Assembly (NCBI GenBank): GCA_028690055.1
Contig: JAQVBZ010000003.1
Location: 7,779 to 71,778 of the forward strand
Reading direction: 5' to 3'
Origin: Minisyncoccota bacterium
GTDB lineage: Bacteria > Patescibacteriota > Minisyncoccia > JAHIHE01 > JAGLIN01
Length of the DNA: 64,000 bases
The notes beneath the pieces are model-generated. The model saw nothing but the letters and a program-made list of their open reading frames with translations. It searched no databases and had not been told where the DNA came from. The translations under genes were made by a program, and so were the position numbers. Shown piece after piece: positions 18,509 through 30,094 of this stretch (position 1 is the stretch's first letter; the number at the start of each line of letters is the position of its first letter).

Positions 18509-18605
18509 GGGGAAATTATAGCATAGAATAAATATAATAAAAAATGGACGAAATAAAAGGCCTTCAAAAAGAATCAGGCCTCAAAACTTCAGTTTTTGAT
18601 TGTTT

Positions 18606-18920
18606 TTATTTTCTTCTAAGCGACACTATGTAATATTTAGTGTCGTCTTTTTCCGCTTCCTGTCCTATTACATCCCTTTTTTCTTCCCGCCTAATTTCTT
18701 CGCAGACAATTTTAAACGATTTCACTTTAAACGATTTCAATGCCTCTTCTGCCCCCTCCTTAAAAACCGACGTATTCTCTTCAGCTCCTATCCAAATAGG
18801 GAAGGTGTAACCTTTGCCTTCTTTTTTGGCTGCACCTATCTCTTTTTGACAAAACCCAATCACGTCACTCGCAATTTTTTTTATTTTTTTTATTTCTTCT
18901 TTACTTTTATCTTTAGTCAT
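18606..18920 (-). CDS. Hypothetical protein
   Basis: 104-aa charged ORF with no recognisable domain. Confidence 0.3.
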   Translation of the reverse strand: MTKDKSKEEIKKIKKIASDVIGFCQKEIGAAKKEGKGYTFPIWIGAEENTSVFKEGAEEALKSFKVKSFKIVCEEIRREEKRDVIGQEAEKDDTKYYIVSLRRK

Positions 18921-19087
18921 GACTTACCTCCAAAATTTTATTGTTTACCCCACAGAGCTTTTCCTGGGAGGGGTAACTTCATATTGTATATTAGTCTTAC
19001 CCGGATGTCCAGCCAATCATCTATATCTCGAAACCGGATGAATTATTTTAAAATTATTTGCTGTCACCGATTGTTGTCCGTAAAATA

Positions 19088-19120
19088 AAAAACAAGCCTT
19101 TACAAAGGTTTGTTTTATGA
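19088..19120 (-). terminator. Rho-independent terminator downstream of tRNA-Thr
   Basis: The hairpin AACAAGCCTTT-ACA-AAGGTTTGTT is followed on the minus strand by a U-run. Confidence 0.5.
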
Positions 19121-19122
19121 TG

Positions 19123-19195
19123 AGCCATCTGTCGGGATCGGACCGACGACCTGCGGTTTACGATACCGCCGCTCTACCAACTGAGCTAAGATGGC
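19123..19195 (-). tRNA. tRNA-Thr (anticodon CGT)
   Basis: Manual cloverleaf: acceptor GCCATCT/AGATGGC, D-arm GCTC-AGTTGGTA-GAGC, anticodon stem GCGGT/ACCGC with loop ATCGTAA, T-arm GTCGG-TCCGATC-CCGAC; no encoded CCA. Confidence 0.8.
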
Positions 19196-19345
19196 CGAAA
19201 AAACTAAAAATGCCCAGAATAAATCTTGCATATTCATCTTATATTCTATTAGGAAATAGGTCAAGATGCACAGTTGGTTCAATCGTCTCGATTGAAATTT
19301 CCGTTTTTATTTCACAAAAAACTTTTCCATTTTATATTACCCTAC

Positions 19346-19930
19346 CTAAACATACGAAGTTTTTCCAAACACCTCTTTAAGTGATTTGTACCGGTCTTCG
19401 GCTCCCGCTTTTACCTCCCCAAAGAATATCCTCTTATTAAAATCACGCTCTATTTTCTCATTCACCCATTCGATAAATTCCCTATAGGCTTTCCCCGCGG
19501 GGATATGTTTCCAAGCAAACTGGATATAAAAATCAGTATTCAAATGAGCCAAAGCATCCGCAGTCGCCAAAACTTTTCCCTCTATGGTCCGAGGTAAATT
19601 TTCGCCCCTACATGAATGAGGCTCAATGATTACCGCCAGGACTTCTTGGATCTCTTCGTTCGAATATCCCGACTCTTTTAAGACCTTGATTGTTTCCGCC
19701 TTGGAAACTTCTTCGAATCCTTGGGCATGCCTGTCGATGAACACATCTCCAAAATCGTGTAGCCAAGCCCCGGCCACAGCTAAATCTTCATTGGCACCAA
19801 ACTCTTTAGAAAGTTTTTCCGCGTTTTTAGCCACGAACTGAACATGATTTTGCCATGACCATTGAGCAAAATCCTCTTTTGAGGAGACATAAGCACTCTC
19901 AACTAACCGAGCAACTCTGTAATGTTTCAT
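19346..19930 (-). CDS. HD-domain phosphohydrolase
   Basis: 194 aa with the HD motif region ...AGAWLHDFGD... and a downstream conserved Asp. Confidence 0.7.
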   Translation of the reverse strand: MKHYRVARLVESAYVSSKEDFAQWSWQNHVQFVAKNAEKLSKEFGANEDLAVAGAWLHDFGDVFIDRHAQGFEEVSKAETIKVLKESGYSNEEIQEVLAVIIEPHSCRGENLPRTIEGKVLATADALAHLNTDFYIQFAWKHIPAGKAYREFIEWVNEKIERDFNKRIFFGEVKAGAEDRYKSLKEVFGKTSYV

Positions 19931-19983
19931 TAAACTTATATAGTTAATTATGAACTTTTAAAAGATTATTAGATAAAACTCTG

Positions 19984-20054
19984 AGCGGATAACGGGAGTC
20001 GAACCCGTCTCTCAACCTTGGGAAGGTCGCATAATACCGATATACTATATCCGC
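19984..20054 (-). tRNA. tRNA-Gly (anticodon CCC), probable
   Basis: Manual fold: acceptor GCGGATA/TATCCGC, anticodon stem CGACC/GGTTG with loop TTCCCAA, T-arm ACGGG-TTCGACT-CCCGT. The D-arm is short and irregular, hence moderate confidence. Confidence 0.6.
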
Positions 20055-20113
20055 AAATATTTCACCGCACGTTGCCATTATACCCGCCCTTTCGCCGATT
20101 TGCAAGTTAGAGC

Positions 20114-20524
20114 CTATATTTCCTCTCTACTGGCAAAGAAATAATTCCACCATTTTGTCCGATTGGGAATACTGGCTTCCCTTGCCTCTTCATCAGCCTG
20201 AACTTCCTCCACGCTTTTATCTTTTTCCTTTATCATCAATACTTGTTCGCCCTCGGCCTTCAGATTGAGTCTCTTGCGCGCCTCCGCCTCCTTATATTGA
20301 TCGGTCTTGTAATATTCAAGAAGCTGCGAGAGATCATAATTGTCTTTCTCCATGGAACCTATCTCCGCTTTAAGCACGTCGATTTCTTTTTTGATTTTGT
20401 ATTCACGATAAAGCTCCTTACTGAGCGCCGACCCTAGGCACAAAACAACCACCACGACAATCAACGCCGCCGCTTGGAACGTGACCTTCTTGGAAGAACT
20501 TCTTTTTTTGTTGATTCCTACCAT
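20114..20524 (-). CDS. FtsB/DivIC-like septum formation initiator
   Basis: 136 aa with an N-terminal TM (AAALIVVVVVLCLGSA) followed by a coiled-coil segment (KIKKEIDVLKAEIGSMEKDNYDLSQLL) typical of FtsB/DivIC. Confidence 0.5.
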   Translation of the reverse strand: MVGINKKRSSSKKVTFQAAALIVVVVVLCLGSALSKELYREYKIKKEIDVLKAEIGSMEKDNYDLSQLLEYYKTDQYKEAEARKRLNLKAEGEQVLMIKEKDKSVEEVQADEEAREASIPNRTKWWNYFFASREEI

Positions 20525-20692
20525 TGTCTTTTGTGCTTTTATATTTATATATTTTTCAAGGACACGCGATCGGACCGAGTCTGACGTAAATTTTCGTGGA
20601 CTTCGGACAAAATCAATGATAAAATAATATCAGGGTAAATCTCACCAAAATAGATTTCGTCCCACTTTTACCTATAATCAAGCTACTCTATA

Positions 20693-20809
20693 TGAAGAAA
20701 AAGAAAATCTTTGAAACCCTCAAGTTTTTTGCCGTTTTGTTAGTAGGAATAAGTGTCATTGTGTCGCTATTCGCGCCATTCATACTCAGCTACTCACAGA
20801 AGTAATATA
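20693..20809 (+). CDS. Possible small membrane peptide (38 aa)
   Basis: ATG-start ORF MKKKKIFETLKFFAVLLVGISVIVSLFAPFILSYSQK. It is followed at 20860-20900 by the hairpin CAATCG-TTT-CGATTG and a T-run, which would act as a plus-strand terminator. Confidence 0.25.
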
Positions 20810-21102
20810 CCATATTTTCTTAGAAAAGGTAATCATTCTGCCACGGGTTTCTGCCGGTCCAATCGTTTCGATTGAACCTTTTGTTTTGATTGCAAGAATA
20901 TCCTAAACAACCACATCAATAATGCCATTACGAGATGTAGGGGCACAATATTTTGTGCCCTTTTCGATATGACAATTTTTCTAACGTAATCCACAAAACG
21001 TAAGATAATATCTATTCTGCATAGGTTCAGGATTGCCGCGTCGTCGCAAAGACCTCCTCCTTGCAATAGCAGAAACAGACAAGAACTATCCCGAATAATA
21101 AA

Positions 21103-21132
21103 ATCCCACTCCGGAAGGAGCGGGATTTTTAT
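21103..21132 (-). terminator. Terminator hairpin downstream of gyrB
   Basis: AAAATCCCACTCC-GGAA-GGAGCGGGATTTT is a 13-bp stem with a GNRA loop, about 15 bp after the gyrB stop. Confidence 0.5.
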
Positions 21133-21145
21133 CAAAAGACTCTTA

Positions 21146-23206
<2,061 letters not shown>

Positions 23207-23444
23207 TTACTAAAATAACGCTTAAAATCCACAAATAAAACCATAAACTAGCTGGTAGTTTATGGTTATATTGTAGCAGACTTCGGCTTTTTCTTCAATA
23301 GCTGGGGGATTTTTAATTATATTCAGATCAAGCCACCTCTCACACACCTTGTTATTCCCGCCCTTGCTCCAATAAGATAAACTCCGAAGAAAATCCAGGG
23401 TAAGAATACCAGACAAGACAGTTGATCCCAATACCCACGGAGCC

Positions 23445-25814
23445 TTATTTCCTGATTTCCCCGCCAAGATTCTTAAGCGTTTCGATAATCTTATCCATGA
23501 TAGCTTTGATTTCACTGTCACCGAGAGTCTTATCTTCCGCCTGACAAACCACCTTGAAAGCGACGCTCTTTTTATCCGCATCGATATTTTCGCCCTCATA
23601 AACATCGAAAGGAATAACCCTTATGATATTCTTATCGCCCAAGCCGAAAACTGAGTCGGCTATTCTCTGCCATTCCAGAGACTTATCAACCACTACCGCC
23701 AAATCGAATTCACTTTCCGGCAGCTTGTTTATACCTTTGAAAACTCCGCCCTCCTTCCGTAGCGATGCTAAGTCTTCTTCATAAACTTCAAAACCAAAAA
23801 CCCTGACCTCCATATCCAGCTTTGATAAAATCTGCGGATGAATGACTCCCATTTTCCCGACAGGCTTGCCGTCTATGATTATGACAGCCGATTGTCCGCC
23901 GTGCCACAATTTTCCCGCTTCGGACATCGCTTCATATTTCACACCTTCAAAACCAAGATTTTCCAAAAATGCTTCTACCTTGCCCTTGCCGATAGAAAAA
24001 AGCTTATCTTTGTCGATATTTTTTGATGATAAAACGCCGCTCAGATATTTCTTCTCCAAAGGAAGCCCATCCTCCCGCTTGAAGGCCACCCGTCCCGACT
24101 CGAATATCCGCACCTCGTCACGATATTTTAGATTCTCTTCCACATTCTTCAGAAGTCTCGGCAGTAAGCTGGTCCGGAAAAACTTGGCATCTTCACTCAG
24201 ATAGTTCTTAAGCTCCAAACATCCGCCATCACCGAGGTCAAAAATCTCTATATCTTTTTCACCGATAAGCGAATAGTTGTATACTTCAAGAAATCCCAAG
24301 CCTTTCCAGATAGAATTTATTTCCCTTTCCATTTTCCACATCAGGTCCTGACAAACTTGTTTCATCTCCACCTGTGCCGATTGTGCGCCGATGTTATCAT
24401 AGCCATATATCCTCGCAATCTCTTCGATTACATCATTCACTTTTTCAATATCGATTCTGAAAGTCGGCACAATCACTTTGATCATATCGCCTTCACTTAC
24501 TGCGCGCAATCCAAGCGAATTCAAAATCGTCAGCGCTTTTTCTTCTTCGATTTTAATACCGAGCAAATTTTCTACTCTTGAATATTCCAATTCGATCTCT
24601 TTTTCTTTCCGAGGCTCGAAATAGACATCGATCAAATCTTCATTAATTTTACCACCGGCAATTTCCGTGACGAGCTTCATCGCCTCTTGCAGACACATCA
24701 TCGTAATTTCCGGATCGATTTCTCTCTCGAAGCGGTGCGAAAAATCGGTAAACACTTTCAGTCTTTGCGCCGTCTTACGGACCCCCGTACCGAAGAAATT
24801 CGCTGATTCAAAAATGATATTCTTAGTCGATTCCGTGACCGAAGTTTCTTTTCCTCCGATTACACCCGCTACCGCAATAGGTTTTTCCGCGTCACAGATC
24901 ACGAGATCATTCTCCGTAAGCTCGTATTCCTTATCATCCAGCGCCAAAATCTTTTCGCCCTTTTGCGCAAGCCTCACCACGATTTTGCCGTTTAATTTAT
25001 CCGCGTCAAAAGCGTGCATCGGTTGACCGAAAGAAAACATAATATAATTGGTAATATCGACGATATTATTGATAGGTCGGAGCTCCACGCTCTCCAATCG
25101 AGCCTTTATGGAATCCGGAGACTCTTTGACAGTTACATCGTTCACGACCACCGCACTATATCTGCGGCACAATTCTTTTTCCAAAACCTCAACTTCCAAA
25201 ACGGCATTTTTATTTTTCTTCTCAATCAGACATTTCGTGCTAAACCTCTTTAATTCCTGCCCTGTAAGTGCTGCCGTTTCCCTCGCTACGCCTAAATGGC
25301 AAAGACAATCATGCGCACGATTAGGCAAGATATCAACTTCAAAAACGGTATCATCCAACTTCAAAGCCTCCTTGATCGGCGTGCCAATTTTCAAATCCGC
25401 AGATAATACCATAATTCCATCATGGCTTTTTCCGAGACCCAACTCATCTTCCGCACAAATCATCCCACAAGACTTCTCCCCGCGCACTTTCCTTTCCTCG
25501 ATTTTCATTCCATTAGGAAGCTCAGCGCCGACCAAAGCCACCGCCACTTTCTGCCCGACTTCAACATTAGGCGCACCGCAGACGATATCTAAGATTTCAC
25601 TTTCCGAGATTTTGACTTTGGTAACACTGAGCTTATCCGCATCCGGATGCTTCTCTTTAAAAACCACCTCGCCCACCACGACATTATCCAGCCCTTCGCC
25701 CAGCTTAATGATATTCTCCACCTCAAAAGAATGCCGGGTCAAAAGTTCCGCCAATTCTTCCGGCGTCTTATCGATTGCAACGAAGTCTTGAAGCCATTTA
25801 TATGATATTTTCAT
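23445..25814 (-). CDS. pheT: Phenylalanine--tRNA ligase beta subunit
   Basis: 789 aa with the N-terminal tRNA-binding fold (MKISYKWLQDFV), B3/4 and B5 domains and a C-terminal FDX-ACB domain. Confidence 0.95.
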   Translation of the reverse strand: MKISYKWLQDFVAIDKTPEELAELLTRHSFEVENIIKLGEGLDNVVVGEVVFKEKHPDADKLSVTKVKISESEILDIVCGAPNVEVGQKVAVALVGAELPNGMKIEERKVRGEKSCGMICAEDELGLGKSHDGIMVLSADLKIGTPIKEALKLDDTVFEVDILPNRAHDCLCHLGVARETAALTGQELKRFSTKCLIEKKNKNAVLEVEVLEKELCRRYSAVVVNDVTVKESPDSIKARLESVELRPINNIVDITNYIMFSFGQPMHAFDADKLNGKIVVRLAQKGEKILALDDKEYELTENDLVICDAEKPIAVAGVIGGKETSVTESTKNIIFESANFFGTGVRKTAQRLKVFTDFSHRFEREIDPEITMMCLQEAMKLVTEIAGGKINEDLIDVYFEPRKEKEIELEYSRVENLLGIKIEEEKALTILNSLGLRAVSEGDMIKVIVPTFRIDIEKVNDVIEEIARIYGYDNIGAQSAQVEMKQVCQDLMWKMEREINSIWKGLGFLEVYNYSLIGEKDIEIFDLGDGGCLELKNYLSEDAKFFRTSLLPRLLKNVEENLKYRDEVRIFESGRVAFKREDGLPLEKKYLSGVLSSKNIDKDKLFSIGKGKVEAFLENLGFEGVKYEAMSEAGKLWHGGQSAVIIIDGKPVGKMGVIHPQILSKLDMEVRVFGFEVYEEDLASLRKEGGVFKGINKLPESEFDLAVVVDKSLEWQRIADSVFGLGDKNIIRVIPFDVYEGENIDADKKSVAFKVVCQAEDKTLGDSEIKAIMDKIIETLKNLGGEIRK

Positions 25815-25839
25815 TTTGGTTGGTTATTCTTATTAATAT

Positions 25840-25868
25840 TTGACAACTTGATAGGTTAAATGTATATT
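25840..25868 (+). promoter_or_regulatory. Sigma-70-like promoter (TTGACA-N17-TATATT) upstream of ORF 25900-26322
   Basis: Near-consensus -35 TTGACA at 25840-25845, a 17-nt spacer, and -10 TATATT at 25863-25868. Confidence 0.4.
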
Positions 25869-25899
25869 CTATATTAACATAACAAAAAAAGATTCAGAG

Positions 25900-26322
25900 G
25901 TGATAAGAGTGGAAGAAACGATGAAAGAGATATACTGTTATGAATCCATACAGAATGAAAAGGGAGAATTTAACAGTTCTTTCACGGGTCAGCTTCCTGA
26001 TTTCATAGAAGAAAAATACCCAATAAGAAAGTTTGAGGAACAAGTAGAAAAGTTTACTGTGGTAATACACCATTCTGAGGGGCAAACCGCAGTCGATTTG
26101 CTGAGATGCCGCGTAGACAAATTGACTATCTTCGGCAATCAGATGATAATGGCTTACCGGAATGAAGGTCTACAGTGTTATAAGATCTTTCAGAGATACC
26201 TCCTGCACGGACGACAAGCTGATATAACTATCGGACATGTCCACGAGTTTATCCTGATGGATAACCTGCTCTTCATACGGGAGATAACCAAATCGACCGC
26301 TGATGCCAAATATGTAGATTGA
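25900..26322 (+). CDS. Hypothetical protein inserted between pheS and pheT
   Basis: 140 aa on the opposite strand to pheST. The likely real start is ATG at 25921, preceded by GGAAG. No recognisable domain. Confidence 0.4.
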   Translation: MIRVEETMKEIYCYESIQNEKGEFNSSFTGQLPDFIEEKYPIRKFEEQVEKFTVVIHHSEGQTAVDLLRCRVDKLTIFGNQMIMAYRNEGLQCYKIFQRYLLHGRQADITIGHVHEFILMDNLLFIREITKSTADAKYVD

Positions 26323-26419
26323 ACAAAAACAGAATGGTGAGAAAAAACCACAAAAAACATTTTTTCAAACAGAAGGTTGATCTTTTAAATTTTAACTTTC
26401 TTTTTTTGTTTTCAAAAAA

Positions 26420-26684
<265 letters not shown>

Positions 26685-26721
26685 CATCGATCATTCCCGT
26701 ATAAATCAAATTTTCAAAAAA

Positions 26722-27747
26722 CTAAAACTGCTCCAAAAATCTCAAATCGTTTCCATAAAATAATCTCAAATCGTTCACTCCGGTCTTGATCATAGCGATA
26801 CGCTCCAACCCCACTCCGAAAGCAAAGCCTTCGTATTTTCCTTCCTCAAATCCCACTGAGGTAAACACCTTCTGATTGACCATCCCCGCGCCCAAGATTT
26901 CAATCCATCCCGTCTGCTTGCAGATACGGCATCCTTTGCCGCCGCAATATGGACAAGCAACATCAATTTCAAATCCCGGCTCCACGAATGGGAAGTAGCT
27001 GGGACGGAGTCTTATCTCTAATTCTTTCCCGAAAAGTCCTTTCATAAATTCCGCCATCACTGACTTGAAATTTGCCACCGTGAGTTTGCCGCTCTCATCC
27101 ACCATCAGACCTTCAACCTGATGGAAATTCGATTCGTGTGTCGCATCCGCGTTTTCAAAACGGAAAGTTCTGCCTGGCACAATAATACGAAACGGCGGTT
27201 TGTTTTCTTCCATAAAACGGACCTGCATCGGCGAAGTGTGAGTGCGCAAAAGATTGCCATCCGTAAACCAAAAGGTGTCCCACATATCCCGCGCTGGATG
27301 ATTTGATGGAATATTAAGCGCGTCGAAATTATGGAACTCGTCTTCAACTTCCCTACCATCGGCAACCAAAAAACCCATCGAGCGAAAAATATCCTCGACT
27401 TCATAGCGAGTCTTAGTGAGAGGATGGATGTGTCCCACCGCAGGTTTTTCACCCGGATAAGTGACATCCACTTTTTCTTTCGTGTCGAGCTCGGCGAATT
27501 CTTTCTCTTTCATTTCCGTTTCCTTCGTCGCAAGAGCCGATTCGATTTCATTTTTTGCAATGTTGGAAATTTGTCCGATCTCTTTTTTCTCTTCCACGGA
27601 CATATCCTTGAGCCCCTTCAGGACTTCCGTAAGCTCGCTCTTGCGCCCCAGATATTTCACCCGCACTTCTTCCAACGCCTCAGCGCTTTCCGCTGCGGTA
27701 ATTTCCGTCAAGGCGGTATTTTTTATATTTTCGATTTTATCTTTCAT
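26722..27747 (-). CDS. pheS: Phenylalanine--tRNA ligase alpha subunit
   Basis: 341 aa with class II aaRS motifs ([35 protein letters not shown]). Confidence 0.95.
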   Translation of the reverse strand: MKDKIENIKNTALTEITAAESAEALEEVRVKYLGRKSELTEVLKGLKDMSVEEKKEIGQISNIAKNEIESALATKETEMKEKEFAELDTKEKVDVTYPGEKPAVGHIHPLTKTRYEVEDIFRSMGFLVADGREVEDEFHNFDALNIPSNHPARDMWDTFWFTDGNLLRTHTSPMQVRFMEENKPPFRIIVPGRTFRFENADATHESNFHQVEGLMVDESGKLTVANFKSVMAEFMKGLFGKELEIRLRPSYFPFVEPGFEIDVACPYCGGKGCRICKQTGWIEILGAGMVNQKVFTSVGFEEGKYEGFAFGVGLERIAMIKTGVNDLRLFYGNDLRFLEQF

Positions 27748-27780
27748 ATGATTAGATTATTTTATTTACTATAGTACCTG

Positions 27781-27870
27781 TCATCCTGAGGTACTCCGAA
27801 GGATTCCGTTATATTCCGCATAGCGTCGGGATTCTTCACTTCGCATCCGCTCCGTTCAGAATGACGCCAT
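27781..27870. repeat. Two-armed REP/MITE-like element between pheS and the NIF3 gene
   Basis: GTCATCCTGAGGTACTCCGAAGGATTCCG ... CGGGATTCTTCACTTCGCATCCGCTCCGTTCAGAATGACG. Confidence 0.6.
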
Positions 27871-27873
27871 GGA

Positions 27874-28662
27874 CTATACCTCATTCGGCACATCCACAAA
27901 TTCCACTTCTATCTTAAATTTCTTCGCAACCATATTTCCCAGATTCCTGATTCCCTCTTTTTCCGTATTGTAATGTCCAGCGCTTATATAATTCATCCCT
28001 ACCTCTTCCACTTTGCGTACCACTTCTTCCCAAATATCTCCCGTCAAAAACACATCCGCTCCGGCCAGATACGCTTCTTCAAAATGCGGAGAGGCGCTGC
28101 CGGATATGATTGCCACTTTTTTTACCTTCTTTTTCCCTTCTGCCATTGCAAGACTATGAGTGCATAATTGCACTTCAACTTTTTTCTTGAATTTCTCAAA
28201 ATCCATCTCTTTTTCAAGTTCGCCGATAAATCCCAGACTAAACGGCTTATTCTTTACAAGGCCGAGCATCTTTGCCAAACTTATGTTATTCCCGATTGTC
28301 GGATGCGCATCCAACGGCAAGTGGTAACCCGCCAGATTGATATCGTTTTCCAAAAGCACTTTGACTCGGTTCTTTTGGACACCTTTCAAGCGAAAAGGAG
28401 CCGGAATGTCACTCTTAAAAAATCCGTGATGCACCATGATCATATCCGCCTGCTTTTCCATCGCCTTTTTGATAAGCGCCTTGCTGAGCGATACGCCAGT
28501 CACAATTTTCGAAATATCTTCCCTACCTTCGATTTGGAGACCGTTAAAACAGCCATCCTCGAAATCTTTTACTTTGAGATACTCGTCACAGAATTGGATT
28601 ATCTTGTCTCTTTTTACTGGCATAAGTTTAATATTTATTTCTTGCAATCTCCTTTGCTTCAT
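27874..28662 (-). CDS. NIF3-family dinuclear-metal protein (YqfO/YbgI-like)
   Basis: 262 aa with the NIF3 N-terminal His cluster (MIMVHHGFF) and a C-terminal lobe (FLTGD...HYNTE). Confidence 0.8.
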   Translation of the reverse strand: MKQRRLQEINIKLMPVKRDKIIQFCDEYLKVKDFEDGCFNGLQIEGREDISKIVTGVSLSKALIKKAMEKQADMIMVHHGFFKSDIPAPFRLKGVQKNRVKVLLENDINLAGYHLPLDAHPTIGNNISLAKMLGLVKNKPFSLGFIGELEKEMDFEKFKKKVEVQLCTHSLAMAEGKKKVKKVAIISGSASPHFEEAYLAGADVFLTGDIWEEVVRKVEEVGMNYISAGHYNTEKEGIRNLGNMVAKKFKIEVEFVDVPNEV

Positions 28663-28835
28663 TCCAAAATCCTTAACAGTAACGAATGCACAAAAACTCC
28701 ATCCCCTCCGATGGATTCTAAAGGCAACTTGATTCTATCAAAGTTTCTAGCATTTTTCAAGTAATTAAGGCTATATTTCAGATTATACGAAACAGATACA
28801 TATCAAGAAATACATCTTCCCCTTGTCGGTGATAC

Positions 28836-29279
28836 CTATCTTTTAACCAGAAAATAAAACTCCATCACCACCACGAACAATACGAAAAAGAATGCGCTAT
28901 AGATATCGAGCCTTCTTTCCCCCTGCAAAATCAGCAATCCCACAAAAGTCACCGCGAGAAACATCCCCTGTCGAAAAGCGATTTCTACCTGCTGAAACTC
29001 AATCTTGTCCTCGAAAATCCGCCGCCGCAGATAGAATCCTAAAAGCGAGAAAAGACTGGTCAAAGCGAAAAATAGTGTGAAGTAAAAAAGCAGAAAACCT
29101 CCGAGATGCGCGCTATCAGGACTAATGTTCTGCAACACCAAAAACCAAGCCGCAAAAGAAACGACTGTACTAAAAATCATTCCCCATAGGTAAGTTTTAA
29201 TAGTCATAGGTTCAAGATTATCCGCCTTATAATGATTACATTCTAACCCATTTACGCCCTTTACGCAAAACTTAACCAC
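28836..29279 (-). CDS. Hypothetical membrane protein
   Basis: 147 aa with 4 predicted TM helices. Confidence 0.35.
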   Translation of the reverse strand: MVKFCVKGVNGLECNHYKADNLEPMTIKTYLWGMIFSTVVSFAAWFLVLQNISPDSAHLGGFLLFYFTLFFALTSLFSLLGFYLRRRIFEDKIEFQQVEIAFRQGMFLAVTFVGLLILQGERRLDIYSAFFFVLFVVVMEFYFLVKR

Positions 29280-29336
29280 CCGCGCTTAAGACCTTTTGTT
29301 TCAGCCGAATTAAAATATAATAATCTTTTTTTATTT

Positions 29337-29692
29337 GTCATTCTGGAATTTCGTTACTGCGAAATATCCGGAATCCCGAGACTATGCAAGACAAATATTA
29401 TACTTCGGTCTTATAACTAAGCCTTACTGGCTTAGCAGTGGGATCTCTGATAACAGCTTCGCAAATTTCGGGATAACAGACTGTAAAAAAGTAAAAATGC
29501 AATAAATTTAATAAGCCAAAGATAAATCGGGGGGGAAGCACAGGTGTGTCGAAAGCTTTTATCTATGTCATTCTAAAAGCAGCCCAAGCTTAATATACCC
29601 TCATCTGAATGGTATATTACAGCAATAATTTATCATTTAAGACTGATAAAGTTCAAGGGATTCCTCCGCTTCGCTGCGGAATGACAAAACGA
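29337..29692. repeat. Composite palindromic repeat region (second hairpin-repeat family)
   Basis: Left hairpin GTCATTCTGGAATTTCGTTACTGCGAAATATCCGGAATCCC; right unit AAAGTTCAAGGGATTCCTCCGCTTCGCTGCGGAATGACAAAACG. Both units recur at 63040-63095 and 63230-63290. Confidence 0.55.
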
Positions 29693-29820
29693 TGGATTTA
29701 CAGCAATAAATAAAGTTTTGACGAAATGATGTTAAAATCTCGAAATTCACATTACCACCCCTTGCCTTCTTTCTTTTTTTCATATATACTCTACCTATCC
29801 TCATAAAAGGATATTTTTAT

Positions 29821-29892
29821 CGCGGGGTAGAGCAGCGGCAGCTCGCGAGGCCCATAACCTCGAGGACGGGGGTTCGAATCCCTCCCCCGCAA
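29821..29892 (+). tRNA. Initiator tRNA-fMet (anticodon CAT)
   Basis: The 5' CGCGGGG... and 3' ...CCCCGCA ends give an unpaired C1/A72, the bacterial initiator hallmark. The anticodon loop is CCCATAA on a G-C-rich stem, and the T-arm is GGGGG-TTCGAAT-CCCTC. The sequence closely parallels E. coli tRNA-fMet. Confidence 0.85.
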
Positions 29893-29985
29893 CAACCAAA
29901 CGAAAGCACGCCTGATAAGGTGTGTTTTTGTTTGGTTGTTTAAAAATTGATATTCGAAGTTTATGCCCCGGAATCTTGCGCTGCG

Positions 29986-30024
29986 GGAGCAGGTTTAAAC
30001 CTGCTCCTGCTACTCCATTTTTTA
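29986..30024 (+). terminator. Palindromic terminator-like hairpin plus T-run
   Basis: The perfect 22-nt palindrome GGAGCAGGTTTAAACCTGCTCC is followed by ...CCATTTTTTAATTT. A related GCAGGTTTTAACCTGC hairpin follows the HD gene at 34683-34700. Confidence 0.4.
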
Positions 30025-30094
30025 ATTTGACAATCTTTATACTATGTCTATAATAGTATATAAAGAATAACATATTATTTTTAATAGCAAACAT

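Noticed and set aside
19117-19380. ORFs overlapping tRNA genes: 19117-19380 across tRNA-Thr, and 29801-30094 across tRNA-fMet
   Set aside because: Each would have to be translated through a structurally well-supported tRNA. The tRNA calls are preferred.
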